NCBI GenBank assembly: GCA_030390025.1
Contig: CM059450.1
Coordinates: 14,508,001 to 14,572,000 of the forward strand
Reading direction: 5' to 3'
DNA from: Squalus acanthias
Taxonomy: Eukaryota
Length of the DNA stretch: 64,000 bases
A program made the position numbers and the translations under genes. How positions within the stretch are numbered: position 1 is the first letter of the stretch; each line of letters opens with the position of its first letter. The notes below the pieces were generated by a model that was given only the letters and a program-made list of their open reading frames with translations, was not told where the DNA came from and ran no database searches. Below are positions 51,455-64,000 of this stretch, in pieces.

Positions 51455-52060
51455 TCTAAGTCAGATATCCAGGCCAAAGCTTCCAGTGTAACAGCGTGGA
51501 TATCTTGTAGGCTGCCTGCGAATTTCCTCTGAGTGCAGTGCACAATGATGTGCTCCAGGGTCTGATTAGGAGCTCCACAGTCGCATGATGGGGATGCTTT
51601 AATCTTCCATCTGTGGAGAAGGTGGCAGCATCAACCTTCTGAGGCGGTTGATGGTTGTCCACGGTTTGCGAGGAAAGTTTGAATCTTCAGTATGTTGCAG
51701 ATCTTCCAAGCAGTTTGTCATCGGTCATCAAGGCAGAAGGGGGGGGGGGGGGGGGGGGGGAAAGGGGAAAAAAAAGAAAAGAAAATCGCTGAAGGGCTTC
51801 GGATACAATCCAAAATGGCCGTCTACATTTGAGACAGGTTGGTGGTAGGTTGTTCAAGTCGGCCTGAATCGGCGTGTCTTTGCTGGTGTAGCAGTTGTAT
51901 TCTCTGGAGACTGCATATTCGAGGCGTAGGTGTGGTAGGACGATGTTTGCAAGCAGCCAAGGTGTTGGGTGTCGATAAAAGCGTACCGGTGATAATTCTC
52001 ATAGTAGAGTTCAGCTGGACATCAATGTATTTGACATGCGGCCATATGAGGACAGATACG
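51455..52060 (-). mobile_element. Non-LTR retrotransposon 3' fragment with C-terminal zinc knuckle (Vingi/Ingi-like)
   Basis: Frameshifted translation DVQLNSTMRIITGTL..., RRPFW, PRKPWTTINRLR, CDCGAPNQTLEHIIVHC, EALAWISDLDI*. Confidence 0.6.
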
Positions 52061-52305
52061 GTTTATGTGCTACATACAGTTGAGGTTCATTTAACTGAAA
52101 ATTACTATCTTCACCTTTATGGTTCCAAATGTATTCAAACCTCTCAAACAACATTTACGTTTCGTGTCTTCACCGAAAGGTTTTTGGGACCGAGTTACGT
52201 TTAAAACAAATTGAATTTGCAAAATGCAAGGTCACAGCTTGCAGATATTGACAATCTGTATTAAAGCGAAACAAGCCAGTGTGGGGATTTAAAAAAAAAA
52301 TTCGT

Positions 52306-52750
52306 GGGCAACACGGTGGCATAGTGGTTAGCACTGGTGCCTCACAGCGCCAGAGACCCGGGTTCGAATCTGGCCTCGGGTGACTGTCTGTGTGGAGTTT
52401 GCACATTCTCCCCGTGTCTGCGTGGATTTCCTCCGGGTGCTCCGGTTTCCTCCCACAGTCCAAAAATGTGCGGGTTAGGTTGATTTGGCTATGATAAATT
52501 GACCCTTAGTGTTAGGGGGGGATTAAATATTTGGGGTTACGGGGATAGGATAGGATGGGATATGTTAGGGGGAATTAAATACGTGGGGTTACGGGGATAG
52601 GGTGGGATATGTGTCGGTGCAGGCTCGATGGGGATTCTGTGTGAGAAAGCAGGGACAGGGTACTGGATTTGGATGATCAGCTATGATCGTATTGAATGGT
52701 GGAGCAGGCTCGACGGGCCGAATGGCCTACTCCTGCTCCATGTTTCTATG
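52306..52750 (+). mobile_element. HE1-type V-SINE (second copy)
   Basis: Highly similar to 10977-11400. Confidence 0.9.
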
Positions 52751-52755
52751 TTAAC

Positions 52756-52889
52756 GGGATGTGTCGTCGCTGGCAAGGCCAACATTTATTGCCCATCCCT
52801 AATTGACCGAGAGGGTGGTGGTGAGCCGCCTTCTTGAACCGGTGCAGTTCATGTGGTGAAGGGACTCCCACAGTGCTGTTAGGGAGGGA
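52756..52889 (-). mobile_element. Inverted copy of the 3' end of the adjacent CR1-group LINE family
   Basis: Reverse complement of 54817-54938 (tccctaacagcactgtggga...ggccttgccagcgac..acatccc). Confidence 0.8.
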
Positions 52890-53259
52890 ATGTCACAATT
52901 CGCTGTCTATTTCAAACTGATACAAGAAGGATCTATTGTCTCATCTCAGGCCCATTAGTTGGATGAGCAAAGACATTCAGTAATTTGTCATTTCGTTACA
53001 GGTGGCCAACAGATGGGCACTACATAAGGTATCAACAGGGAATATACTCCGAGGAGAGGGGGGCAGTCGGTTTGGTTGACAGGACTGCTGGTGAATCCAT
53101 GCACAGGAAGGTGTCAGCAACACTGCCCCTCTACTCGCTAGTGTCAGAATTAAAGAAAAGGGAAAGCCCATGTTCAGAGGTACAACCAGGTTTAAAACAA
53201 ATCACTGCAAGACACAGCTCTTGGCTTGGAGCTGGAAGCTACACATGCAGGACTAAGTG

Positions 53260-54955
53260 AGTGCAAAAGACAAGGCTGAATGAAGCGTTTCCAACCATCT
53301 TCAAACCAGCAGTGCCAAGTGGATGATCCATATCGGCCTACTCCGGAGGTCCCCACCATCACAGAAGCCAGTCTTCAGCCAATTTGATTCACTCCACGTG
53401 ATATCAAGGAACGGCTGAGCGCACTGGATACAGCAAAGGCTATGGGCCCCGACAACATCCCGACTATCGTGCTGAAGACTTGCGCTCCAGAAGTAGCCGC
53501 GCCTCTAGCCAAGCTGTTCCAGTACAGCTACATCACTGGCATCTATCCGATAATGTGGAAAACTGCCCAGGTATGTCAAGTCCACAAAAAGCAAGACAAA
53601 TCCAACCCGGCCAATTACCGCCTCATCAGTCTACTCTCAATCATCAGCAAAGTGATGGAAGGCGTCATCGACAGTGCTATCAAGCGGCACTTACTCACCA
53701 ATAACCTGCTCACTGTTGCCCAGTTTGGGTTCCGCCAACACCACTCGGCTCCAGACCTCATTACAGCCTTGGTCCAAACATGGACAAAAGGAGCTGAATT
53801 CCAGAGGTGAGGTGAGTGTGACTGCCCTTGACATCAAGGCAGCATTTGACCGAGTGTGGCATCAAGGAGCCCTAGTAAAACTGAAGTCAATGGGAATCAG
53901 GGGGAAAACGCTCCACTGGCTGGAGTCATACCTAGCACAAAGGAAGATAGTTGTGGTGGTTGAAGGTCAATCATCACAGCCCCAGGACATCGCTGCAGGA
54001 GTTCCTCAGGGCAGTGTCCTAGGCCCAACCATCTTCAGCTGCTTCATCAATGACCTTCCCTCCAACATAAGGTCAGAAATGGTGATGTTCACCGATGACT
54101 GCACATTGTTCAGCGCCATTCACAACTCCTCAGATAATGAAGCAGTCCATGCTCGCATGCAACAAGACCTGGACGACATTCAGGCTTGGGCTGACAAATG
54201 GCAGGTAACATTCACGCCACAGAAGTGCCAGGCAATGAATATCTTCAACAAGCAAGAGTCTAACCACCTCCCCTTGACATTCAATGGCATTACCATCGCC
54301 GAATCCCCCACCATCAACATCCTGGGGGTCACCATTGACCAGCCACATAAATACTGTGGCAACAAGAGCAGGTCAGAGGCTAGGTATTCTGCGGCGAGTG
54401 TCGCACCTCCTGACTCCCCAAAGCCTTTCCACCATCTACAAGGCACAAGTAAGGAGTGTGATGGAATACTCTCCACCTGCCTGGATGAGTGCAGCTCCAA
54501 CATTCAAGAAGCTCGACACCATCCAGGACAAAGCAGCCCGCTTTATTGGCACCCCATCCACCACCTTAAACATTCACTCCCTCCACCACCGGCACACCGT
54601 GGCTGCAGTGTGTACCATCTACAAGATGCACTGCAGCAACTCGCCAAGGCTTCTTCGGCAGCACCCAAACCCGCGATCTCTTCCACCTAGAAGGACAAGG
54701 GCAGCAGGCGCATGGGAACACCACCACCTCCAAGTTCCCCTCCAAGTCACACACCATCCTGACTTAGAAGTATATCGCCGATCCTTCATCATCGCTGGGT
54801 CAAAAATCCTGGAACTCCCTCCCTAACAGCACTGTGGGAGCACCTTCACCACACGTACTGCAGCGGTTCAAGGCAGCGGCTCACCACCACCTTCTCAAGG
54901 GCAATAAATGCTGGCCTTGCCAGCGACGCCCACATCCCATTAAAAAAAAATAAAA
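53260..54955 (+). mobile_element. CR1-group LINE, 5'-truncated, frameshifted reverse transcriptase
   Basis: GPDNIP, NPANYRLISLLS, QFGFR, LDIKAAFDRVWH, GVPQGSVLGP, FTDD (YADD-type); frameshifts near 53790 and 54340; A-rich tail at 54942-54957. Confidence 0.93.
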
Positions 54956-57439
54956 AAGATCAGGTCTTGGAATTATAACCTTGTCTGGAGAAGGCATGCA
55001 AAAACCTGTCAGCCCGCCCACAAAAGGGGCAGAGCATGTAGTTTATTATTTTTCACCTTTTTGAGGACTGAAGTGAGATTGAGTTAACCAAGTAGAATTT
55101 ACTTTGACTGTGACTCTACCTGCAGTTGGTGAAACAAAGCAGCTTAATGATTTATATTTGACCTTGTTTCACCAAGTATTTCTCAGTACACTTTTGAAAA
55201 GAGTGGAGAAGCACGAGGAGGGGCCTGTGCAAAAGACAACATCTAGTTTGGATCCCAAGGGGGGGTCCCGACTCTTTATACACTATCGTATTAGGCAGCA
55301 TTGGCAAAGCCCCCAAGCACAAGACACTCCGACCACTTGTGGGTGTGACCAGCACTTCTGTACCCGAGAGAATATCGAACACAGACCCTAAACTTGTAAC
55401 AACCTTGAAACACATCCCAGCTGTTATTTATTATCTATGTAAACTCAGTCAGGTCACATAAAAACAGCTGAATACAGATTAAAACATAACAAATCCAATA
55501 TACCAAGTCAGTGTCATCGTATACATGGTTATCGGAGACTGATTTTTGTTGCCTCTGCCGATACGAATAGCTTGGAAATGCCTGACTTGGAGTCTTCTCC
55601 AGAATCTTTACTGAAATCCAGGGGTCAGGAGTCCTTATTGGGAGGCAATTTATAGACTGGATTCAAAAGTGTGTAGAGTCAAATGAATGCTTCTCCACTC
55701 GTGGAATGGTCAAATGAAATCTGAAGTTTTGCCGGAGGAAAAAGTTGAATGACAAAGCTCCTCCCCAAGGTGAGGGAAGTTTTCTTGGAGTTTGGCAAAG
55801 CAACTACTAACCTCAGAATTCAGACAGAGCTGAGAACACAGCAGTATTGGGAAATACTGGAACTGCTCTGGCAGTGTCAGAAGCCAGAGTCTGCATCACC
55901 TGGGCTGGTGCTGGAACTGCAAAACCATCTTTAAATAAAAAAAGCTCGCAATTGGTTGAGGCAAACTCAACAGCTGAAAAAGGTCCTCCTCTTGCAAGGA
56001 GGGCCGTGCCCTCTACAGGAGCCATCGCAGCCTATCGTTGGTTCCTTTGTGTTGATACTGACCTGGAATCGGTACCCAGGCTGAACCCAAATGACTGCTT
56101 TGGATGGTGTTGATAACTTTGTGCCAGTGAGAATAGTGAAACTTGGGTGAAAATTGGGCTGGAACAGTTGCTAAGCTTGAAAGTTGAGCAGCCTTGTGAC
56201 CAATTCTGGAGAAAGTCATGTGCACCATAGTCAGCCCACATTCTCACCAGTCACAGCAACAGGCGCGGAGTGATATTCAGTCGGGACACCTACACCCGTA
56301 TGCTTGATTTTCTCCATCTCATTTACAGAGCTCAAGTGTACTTCTATGGAGAGGCAAGGAACCAAAATGTCTCTGCAGCTGAAGAATTGATCTTGGACAC
56401 ACCTTTGCAGCCAGGATTGCCTGCCAGCCAATGAACCAGTCTTCGTGAGTCATTAGCCAGAATTTGAAAGAGCCTTCACATTCTATGACTCTTTTCTCAA
56501 CGCATACTTTTAGGTTCCATCAACGACTTGTATTCCGTTATGAAGTAGGATTGTACATCGTCTGTGGGACTTGATGGGCAAACTGTCCTTTTCCCATTCC
56601 ATAACTTTATATTGCTTTTCGCGCTCCTGCCTCGCCCGCAGCCCCCTCCCCCCGACCACCCCCCCCCCAAAACCCCAAGGAAAGTGAATCATGTTGGGAT
56701 GCGGTTTCACAGCTACAAGCAGTCCCACGGTATCTTGTCTAAGTGGCCAGCCAGTATTCCTGAACTGTAACAGCAGCCATCGACAAACTATTCACCCTTG
56801 AGTTGATCACGGCGAGGCTAATTCTGTCCTCGTGTGTACTTACCAGCAAGGACGATAGCGCTGCGTTGGCTGATCTTTCCCATCTTAACCCAGAACCACA
56901 CCAAGCAATGCATTTAATTGCCGAGACAGAGGGTTCACTTTTTATACTCCATATAATATGTTGTGCGATGATGGAAGAGATGCATTGTGCTGCTTACTTA
57001 TTGGGAAGGATTCAGATGCATATCTTAAAACTGGGAGTTGGTTTTGACTACAGACCGAAGAGTTAACCATGGCGAGGTAAACCCCAGTGGACCGATACCA
57101 AAGGTACAAGGATCAACCAAGTTAAAAACACAGCACTGATAAAACAATGAAAAAGAACTCTTTGTCCCCACAATGAGACACAGCATCGTGCTGCTAATGA
57201 CAGGTAAGGAACAGTTGACCAAAACAAGGCGTTCTAGATAGCCGGGGAGAGCAAAATCAACTGATAAGATGGCTGCCCACAGCAAAAAGCATGTTTCGTA
57301 TCTCTGATCCCCATGACTCCTTCCTCCGCCTAACAGGATTTGTAGTCTATTGCAAGCGCGTGCATTTAACAGTTCTATGTTTAATTCTTACCAAAGTTTA
57401 ACAATCACATTTAGTCTATGAAACGATTCAGTTTTATAC

Positions 57440-57712
57440 ATGGCTGGCCTCTTGACAATCTTTCCTTCCCTTCACCCATTGGAGGCCTGCCTTCAGCCAG
57501 CTGGGCTCCACACTCTGGAAACACCCTTCCTAAACCCCTCCACCTCCTTTAAGGCCCTCCTTAAAACCCACCTCCGAACAAGCTTTTGATCACCGCTCCC
57601 AACAGCTTCTCCTTTGGCTCAGTGTCCATTTTTAAATCTGATTACGCCTCTATGAAGCACCTTCGGACATTTTTCTAATTAAAGGCGCTACACCAATGCA
57701 ACTTGTTGTTGC
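57440..57712 (+). mobile_element. L2-clade LINE 3' fragment
   Basis: Homologous to 6270-6553 (ccttcagc...ctctggaa...ccttaaaaccca...aaggcgcta...aatgcaac). Confidence 0.6.
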
Positions 57713-57715
57713 TAT

Positions 57716-57717
<2 letters not shown>

Positions 57718-57746
<29 letters not shown>
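57718..57746. repeat. (CA)n microsatellite (others at 1670-1688 (TA)n, 3644-3659 and 24248-24271 (TG)n, 25536-25561 (CA)n)
   Basis: Direct inspection. Confidence 0.9.
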
Positions 57747-57749
<3 letters not shown>

Positions 57750-58257
57750 TCACTGTTATCTCGCTTTTCAGGCTTTCCTGTTTCTCATTATTCCCACTGC
57801 TCGTGCATCTTCATAACTCTAATATCAGTACATTCACAAATTTGGTATCAATTATTTTAAAAACTTAAAAGGAAGGTATCTCCATGCTGAGAAATGCAGT
57901 ACGTTCTCTTTTTGCACCCCTAGACCATTCATACCACATCAGCTACAGAGTAAAACTTTCTCTACTCGGTGCCGACCATACACAATCTCACAGAATACCC
58001 ACATCTGCAATGATAAATTCCCACTTTTACATGCTAGCCATCCTTGTCGCCAAATTATGAGTGAGTCACAGTCACTCAGAACTGGACTGAAACCGTACAA
58101 TATTTTTTTTAATTTTTTTTTTTACATAGGACATTTATAACTGGGTGAAGGCAGGACTCATAGGCGAAAGGGCAACCAGTCCCTTGAAATTTAGCATCAA
58201 ATTACATCCAAAATATTTTGGGCAGGAAGACAAGTGGCCGACACCAAACAAGCATAC

Positions 58258-59362
58258 CTGGACTATCATTTTTTGGTACCAGCTCTTCACTTTCTGTTTG
58301 ATTCTCAATTATTGGCTCATCCTCGTCTGATAAGACGAGGAATGCCTCCTCTGGCAAGTTGCCATTGCACTCCTCTTTTGGAGAACTGCTTGGAGAGGTG
58401 TCCATCTGCTCGTCCTGCGGGTCTTTCAATGGACTGTCCTTTGGCGACGGGGAATCCACTGCAGGAACAATGTCTTGCATACTGGATAGCTCATTGTCTT
58501 TCTCTGGGGCCAATTTCTCCAAAATAGGGATTATTTCTTCTATTTCCAGTTGGCTCTTCCCACCCGATTTGTTCTCACTTAATTTGTCTTTTGTTGCAAT
58601 CTCACTTTCAGTCTCTGCACACTCCATCTTAGAGCTTTCACAATCATTTTTCTCCTGCACAGATTCTATGCTACTTGTAATTGCCTCTTCACTAATGTCC
58701 AATGATCTTTCGTGGTCTTCCTTTTCTCTCACAGAGGAAGAGGAAGACTGTAACTTAAGGCTACTTTCATCTGGTACTTCCTGACTCCTGCTGTCACCAA
58801 CAGAAGGTGATTTTTCCTCTTCTGAAAGGCTCTGGGAATCAGTACATGATTTATCTGCAATTAAAGAATCCTGCTTCAACTCGACAGACTCTGGTTCCAC
58901 AACGTCATCTCCTTTGCTCTCAACATCTACCGAAACTTGGTTTCCCGCACTCCCAGTGGAAATCTGTTCATCTTCAGCAACTGGGGGTGTTGAGTCCATT
59001 TTTTCATCTTGTGGGCTTAAGTCCTTATCTTCATTAAGACATTTTTCAGCAAAGCTTAGTTCAGGTGTTTGTGTGATACTAAGTTCATCAATAGGGTTGC
59101 CTTGCAGTTCCTCTGGGCCCAGCCTCACATCATTAATGCTATCAATGTCTGTATCATCCATGCAGTTAGTATTTAGTGAGGCTTTGCCGTCAGAATCTCC
59201 GTTTTCATGTCTACCGTTACACAGTTTAGTTTTGGTCTCTTCATTTGCCTTTAAAAGCTCCTCTCTGCTTTTATAGATAGCCTCTAGCTGTTGTCGGTCA
59301 CTTGCGCGCATTGTTTTTCTGGCCTTGAAGACTTTTTTTGGAAGCTCTTCACTGGTATCCAT
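58258..59362 (-). CDS. ATF7IP: ATF7IP/MCAF1 first coding exon (acidic, low-complexity N-terminus); exon begins at 59372, ATG at 59362
   Basis: MDTSEELPKKVFKARKTMRASDRQQLEA matches the characteristic ATF7IP N-terminus, and EEAFLVLSDEDE is also conserved. Acceptor ttttcAG at 59373-59374; donor CAG|GTATGC after 58258; 1105 nt, ends phase 1. Confidence 0.93.
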
Positions 59363-60249
59363 CTCAGAACTCCTGAAAAGGAAGAAAAAGGAAAGAACTG
59401 TGAGATGAGACTCATCTAGCAGACTCAACAGGTCAGGTAATTAAACTGATCAAAAACTGCACACCATTTGGTTACTTTTGACAGTACAATCAAAAAACAT
59501 CCAGCTGATTTAGACCTGCTCATTATAGTGATTTTCCAAAGTAGTTTCCGAGCATTCAGCATATGCAGTGAACTTCGTGAAACACTATAGTCAGCTATTT
59601 AAAAAAGATAAAAGAATCTCAGTAAAATTAACTGTACTTTAAAACTACCAAGTTAAAATCCATGTGATTCAGAACCGACTATTTCCAGTTTTAGCCCAGT
59701 TAGCAAACACTGCCGACATTATAGTTTCAACATAAATAATTGTAGACATTTGGTTTAAATCAATATACATCTCTAACGTACTTACGGCAAATCAGAAAAT
59801 TTTCAATCAAACTTAGTGATAATTATGTAGGACAGGGTCCCTGTATGTTTAAATTCACCGCATTTGTTTCAAGATCAAACTCTCAACATACAACGGTCTC
59901 TAATGTAAAATCGCAGCAACAGAGTCTGAGCTGTAGGTCACAGGTATAAAACGATACGGGATGGCAATGATGCTGAAAGCAAATAATAAATTTGAATTTG
60001 CTTCTGTTGACTCCGGAGTGTGAATTTACTTGCTTACTCGAAGGGGTGCAAACAGCTGCAGTTATTTGCATTGTGTTGTATGAGGTTAAAAGTGCTGTAC
60101 CACAGCAATTGTTTTTTTTAAATTTGATATCAGAATGTCAGCTCATCTGTAGTTGCCCCGAGAAGGTGATGTTGGGCCTTCTCTTTGAATTGCTGCAATC
60201 CTCACAGTTATGGTGCTCCCGTAACGGTGTTAGATAGGAAATTCTTATT

Positions 60250-60545
60250 ACTGAACATTAGAGAGATTGTTTACAACTGAGTGGTTTGCTAAGCTACTTC
60301 ATTAAGAGTCAACCGTGTAATGAGGGACTGGAGTCACACGCAGGCCAGACCGGGTAGGGGCAACAGGCTCCCTTCCCTGAAGGATATTAGTGAACCTGTT
60401 GGGTTTATACAACAATCCAGGAGCTTTCATGGTTCTTTTTCTGGTGCCAGCCCACAGGTTACCAAATTTCACAATTTGCCACGGCCAGATTGAACACACG
60501 AGCTTTGGGATGCTAGTCAAGCACCATAACCAATAGGCTACTGTA
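60250..60545 (-). mobile_element. Degenerate tRNA-headed SINE-like repeat
   Basis: Antisense head gtagcctattggttatggtgcttgactagc...gtgttcaatc with A/B-box-like spacing. Confidence 0.4.
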
Positions 60546-60929
60546 GTCTGGGGCTACACATTTTTCTGTAGATTAATTAAATCTCAGAAAAATTAACTTT
60601 GCGCAAAGTGCTGGCAACCTCAGGCTATGCAAAATATTCTTCACTATATAATTTGCGATTTACAGGTTGTCGATGATGGTACAGTTCTGATTACTTTCCC
60701 TTCAAAGTCACCTCCTGATGTGTGCACAAAATTCAAAATCAAAATTAGAAGTAAAAGGAAGTTCGAGTGTGGGAGGAAAGTACTTTCAGTTTTAAGTAAC
60801 ATCCTCTCTTCCCCCACCCCCCCCCCACACTCCCCCAACCTTTAAATATCCAAACTTAAATATCTCAAAGTCTGCAGGAGATGTTTGTTACTCATTATTT
60901 TTTCCCGTCCCATCCATTCATAACTTTGA

Positions 60930-61150
60930 AAACCTTTAACACGTCACTTCGTAATCTTTTCCGCTCGAACAAAAACTGCCCAATCTGAGAGTCTTCATAT
61001 TTGTTATTTATTTATGCTAGGCAGCATCCTAATGAACCTGTGCTGCATCATTTCCATTGCCTCAATATCCTTCCTAGAGTTTGGAGCCAAAACTTCACAC
61101 AGTACTGTGACTGCGAGCTTACTAAGGTTTTCTATAGATTCACCATTACA
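60930..61150 (-). mobile_element. CR1-clade LINE fragment
   Basis: Antisense ...YCVKFW / RKDIEAMEMMQHRFIRMLP, typical CR1 ORF2 C-terminus. Confidence 0.6.
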
Positions 61151-61744
61151 ACTGGACGAGAGCAGAGTACAGGGAGCTCTGAGTATGTACCTCCTGCAGT
61201 GCTCGATGCTGATGATATTCCATTCTCTAGTACGGCTACCCTTCACATCAGTCATACTAAAAACATTCACTCTGAACAAAGAAAATGGAATACACGAGAG
61301 AGAGAGACAGCCCAGTAGCTACACCACTGGATTATTGGCCTGGCTGTTGGGAGGCCAGAGTTCAACTTCCAGTCCGAACCAAGGCCAAACTGGACCTGGC
61401 CCAAGAACTCAGCATTGTCAGCTTTCAGATGGAGATCTGACTGAAGCAGGGAAATTTGGGCAGCAGGACTGGATGTGGCCAATTGTCGCAGTATTCAATG
61501 CACCTTTGATTCATCAGTTCAAAACTGGCCCAATTCATATCTGGTCTAACGTATTCTGATATTTCTTCGCAATGTCCTCTCTAGTGGCAGAACTTGCATT
61601 GCAAAGAAAAAAAACCTGATTTTCGCAAGTGGTTAGTACCCGTATAGTCTCAAAGTTTGAGATAAGTAGTTCTTGAATGGCTCAGACCGTATCCGGTTAG
61701 TAACTGAGACTTAAAGCCTTGGTTTGATCCCTGGTCTGTAGTTA

Positions 61745-62145
61745 AGAAAAAAGCATTTGCATTTATATTAGCACTTCATCGTGTCCTCAGGACTGCCCAA
61801 AGCACTTTTTTTTTGATGTGCAATCCCGTTAAGTAGGCAAAAATAGCAAGTAATTTACACGCAGCAAGCTTCCACAAACAGCGAACGATCCGACAATTTT
61901 GCTCGCTCCTGTTGGTTGAGGGAGGAAACTTGGCCATGGCAACGGGAGAACTGCCAGCTCCTCTTCAAATAGTGCCGCGAGATCTTTTTCCATCCACTTG
62001 AGTAGGCAGGTGGCACATCCAACAATGCAGCACTCCCGCAATACTGCACTGAAGCGCTAATCTGGAACATGTGCTCAATTCCGTAATAGGGCTCGAAACC
62101 ATAAATGTCAGAGCCAAGAGCATTAGTTACTAAGCCAAGCCGACA
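61745..62145 (-). mobile_element. Diverged Deu-SINE (SacSINE1-like)
   Basis: Colinear homology to 8066-8533 including head (gggctcgaaacc, B box) and tail (ttgcatttata). Confidence 0.7.
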
Positions 62146-63224
62146 CACGAAGCTTGCTCATAAATAGTGACCACTTAGGTGAGGTATGAGGGGGTAACCT
62201 GGCACCCATGGAAATGCACTCCAGGAAGAAGTCAACATCTTCAGGAAGGTGAAGGGAGGAAAGCTGCAAACGATAGTGCCATTCAATGACGTGGATCAGT
62301 GACGTTGCGGCTGGTAAATCCGCTATTTATTGCTCAAGTTTGTTGATACGAGGATGGACACTGAAAACTGTCCCATGATCAATGCAATCTTCCATTTTTC
62401 TACCATTTCATAAACTAATAGAATGAACACCATCAGCCATCCACACGCGTCAATTTTCCCCAATATGACAGGAAATGTTGACCCCACAAAAAAACCATGA
62501 GATCATTCTGCTACCACCACCAATATTTGCGCCGAACATCTCAAGACTTTCATTTGTTTTCTTAATTCCAATGTTTTTCATCTTTGAAGGTAAATATTTC
62601 ATCAGATAGAATTCAAAAAGATGCAATTTTTGTTAGTTGTGCATGCAGGCTGGGGCAGAAGAGTGCACATCCACTCGTCAGCCTCTTTCACTGTGCTGCG
62701 TGCATCTTTAAAACACAATGACACGGTGTCTGCTTGAATCTGGACAGCCAACCATTGTTAAGATCAACGTCTTCTTTTTCCCCCCCAAGAGCTTCAGCGA
62801 GCTGCTTTGCGTTTAAATGCATCACCCGATCTTATTCTGAACATAAATGGAAGCTTGGGCATGTTAAAACCAGGGCAGTCGAGAGTCCTGAACAGACAAA
62901 TGTATTCTCTTTTTCACTTTTATTCAGTGGTTGCATGGTTCCGACATCCCTTCACAAGTTGCTCCTTACTTCTCAATTATTCAGCTCTGCCGTCGAGTCA
63001 CCCAAATCGCTTAAGCAGTAAGACGCTGCAATTTTTGGTCTGTTCTGTTCAGTTTTCCATCAACCAGAGTCAGCCTTTACCCCCCCCCCCCCTTTTTGCA
63101 TGCATGTCCCCACTGGCGATAGCAACAGCATAAACATTATTCATTTTTACAGCATTTGTAAAGTAACAAACCATTACTGGGGTGCCTCACTGTTTCAGGG
63201 TCTAACACCCAAGCAGGAGGAGGA

Positions 63225-63680
63225 GGAGGAAAAAGTTAGGGGATAAGACATGGTCAAAGAGGTAGGTTTTAAAGGAGGCTTTTGTTAGGTGGGGAGGTAT
63301 GAAGCAACCTGGAGGAGTTTGGAGAGTGTGTTCCAGAATGTGGGGCGAGTTGACTGAAGACTCTGCCAGTGATAATTGAAGTGTAAGGAGGAAGTACACT
63401 GGTGAACTAGAGAGGGAAGGCTGGGCCATGAAAGAAAGGATACAAGGCTGGAGGGCATTGCAGGTGAAGTTGTGAAAGGATTTGTGTATGTGCGGAGGAA
63501 TGGGAACCAATGAGAGTCGGCAGGAAAGGGGACGACAGGCGAGGAGGACTTTCTGCGAGATGGGATGCGGGTGGCAGAATTCCGAATGAATTGAAGCTTA
63601 TATAGGGTGCAGTTTTGGAAACTGATGGAGAGCATTGGAAATGTCAAGTCTGAGGATCACAAAGGCATAAATGAGATGCA
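63225..63680 (-). mobile_element. L2-clade LINE fragment
   Basis: TLYKLQFIRNSATRI, SFKTYLFDH; homologous to 6000-6430. Confidence 0.65.
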
Positions 63681-64000
63681 TAAAGCAGCAGAAGCAGTGT
63701 TTTATTAACAGCAGATACAATGCTTTGACACGTTAAAACATTCCATAGATGTATGGTGAATAACTGCAGGAATTCAATTCATTTACTCATGTTAGAGCTA
63801 TACGGCTAAGCAATTTATTCATAAAGGAATCAATAGCAACCTATTTGGTACATTAAGATTTCATTTAACCATTTTACTCATGAGCATTTCTCATTTAAAT
63901 GATGTCTACTGGACCAAAGAGATTATTGCCTCCCCCCCAGTATTTCCAAAAAAATCACACTGAATAAATACCATCTTGTACAAACTTATACACCAAGCCC

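Noticed and set aside
59373-59428. MSLLDESHLTVLSFFFLF extension of the 408-aa ORF
   Set aside because: It is the intronic polypyrimidine tract; ATF7IP homology starts at the ATG at 59362.

Overview
Vertebrate genomic DNA, very likely a shark/elasmobranch (HE1-type V-SINEs, SacSINE1-type Deu-SINEs, CR1/L2 LINEs, Penelope-like ends). The window holds most of the ATF7IP (MCAF1, SETDB1 cofactor) gene on the minus strand. I reconstructed eight coding exons with consistent splice phases (59362 down to 9609). The non-coding first exon and the 3' exons encoding the C-terminal FN3 domain were not found and probably lie outside the window. The main finding is two different Crypton-transposon-type tyrosine-recombinase (YR/DUF3504) coding units inside ATF7IP introns, on the same strand as the gene. 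Each has a splice acceptor whose phase matches the upstream ATF7IP donor, plus its own stop codon and AATAAA. Module A (33646-31379 spliced to 26235-25867) has a ~22-aa repeat array and a catalytically degenerate YR split by an intron. Module B (3170-1771) has a YR retaining the R/HxxR/H/Y catalytic residues. They look like alternative terminal exons giving ATF7IP(SETDB1-binding)-Crypton fusion proteins of ~1385 and ~1268 aa. Splicing is inferred from sequence only, and I cannot check whether this arrangement has already been published.
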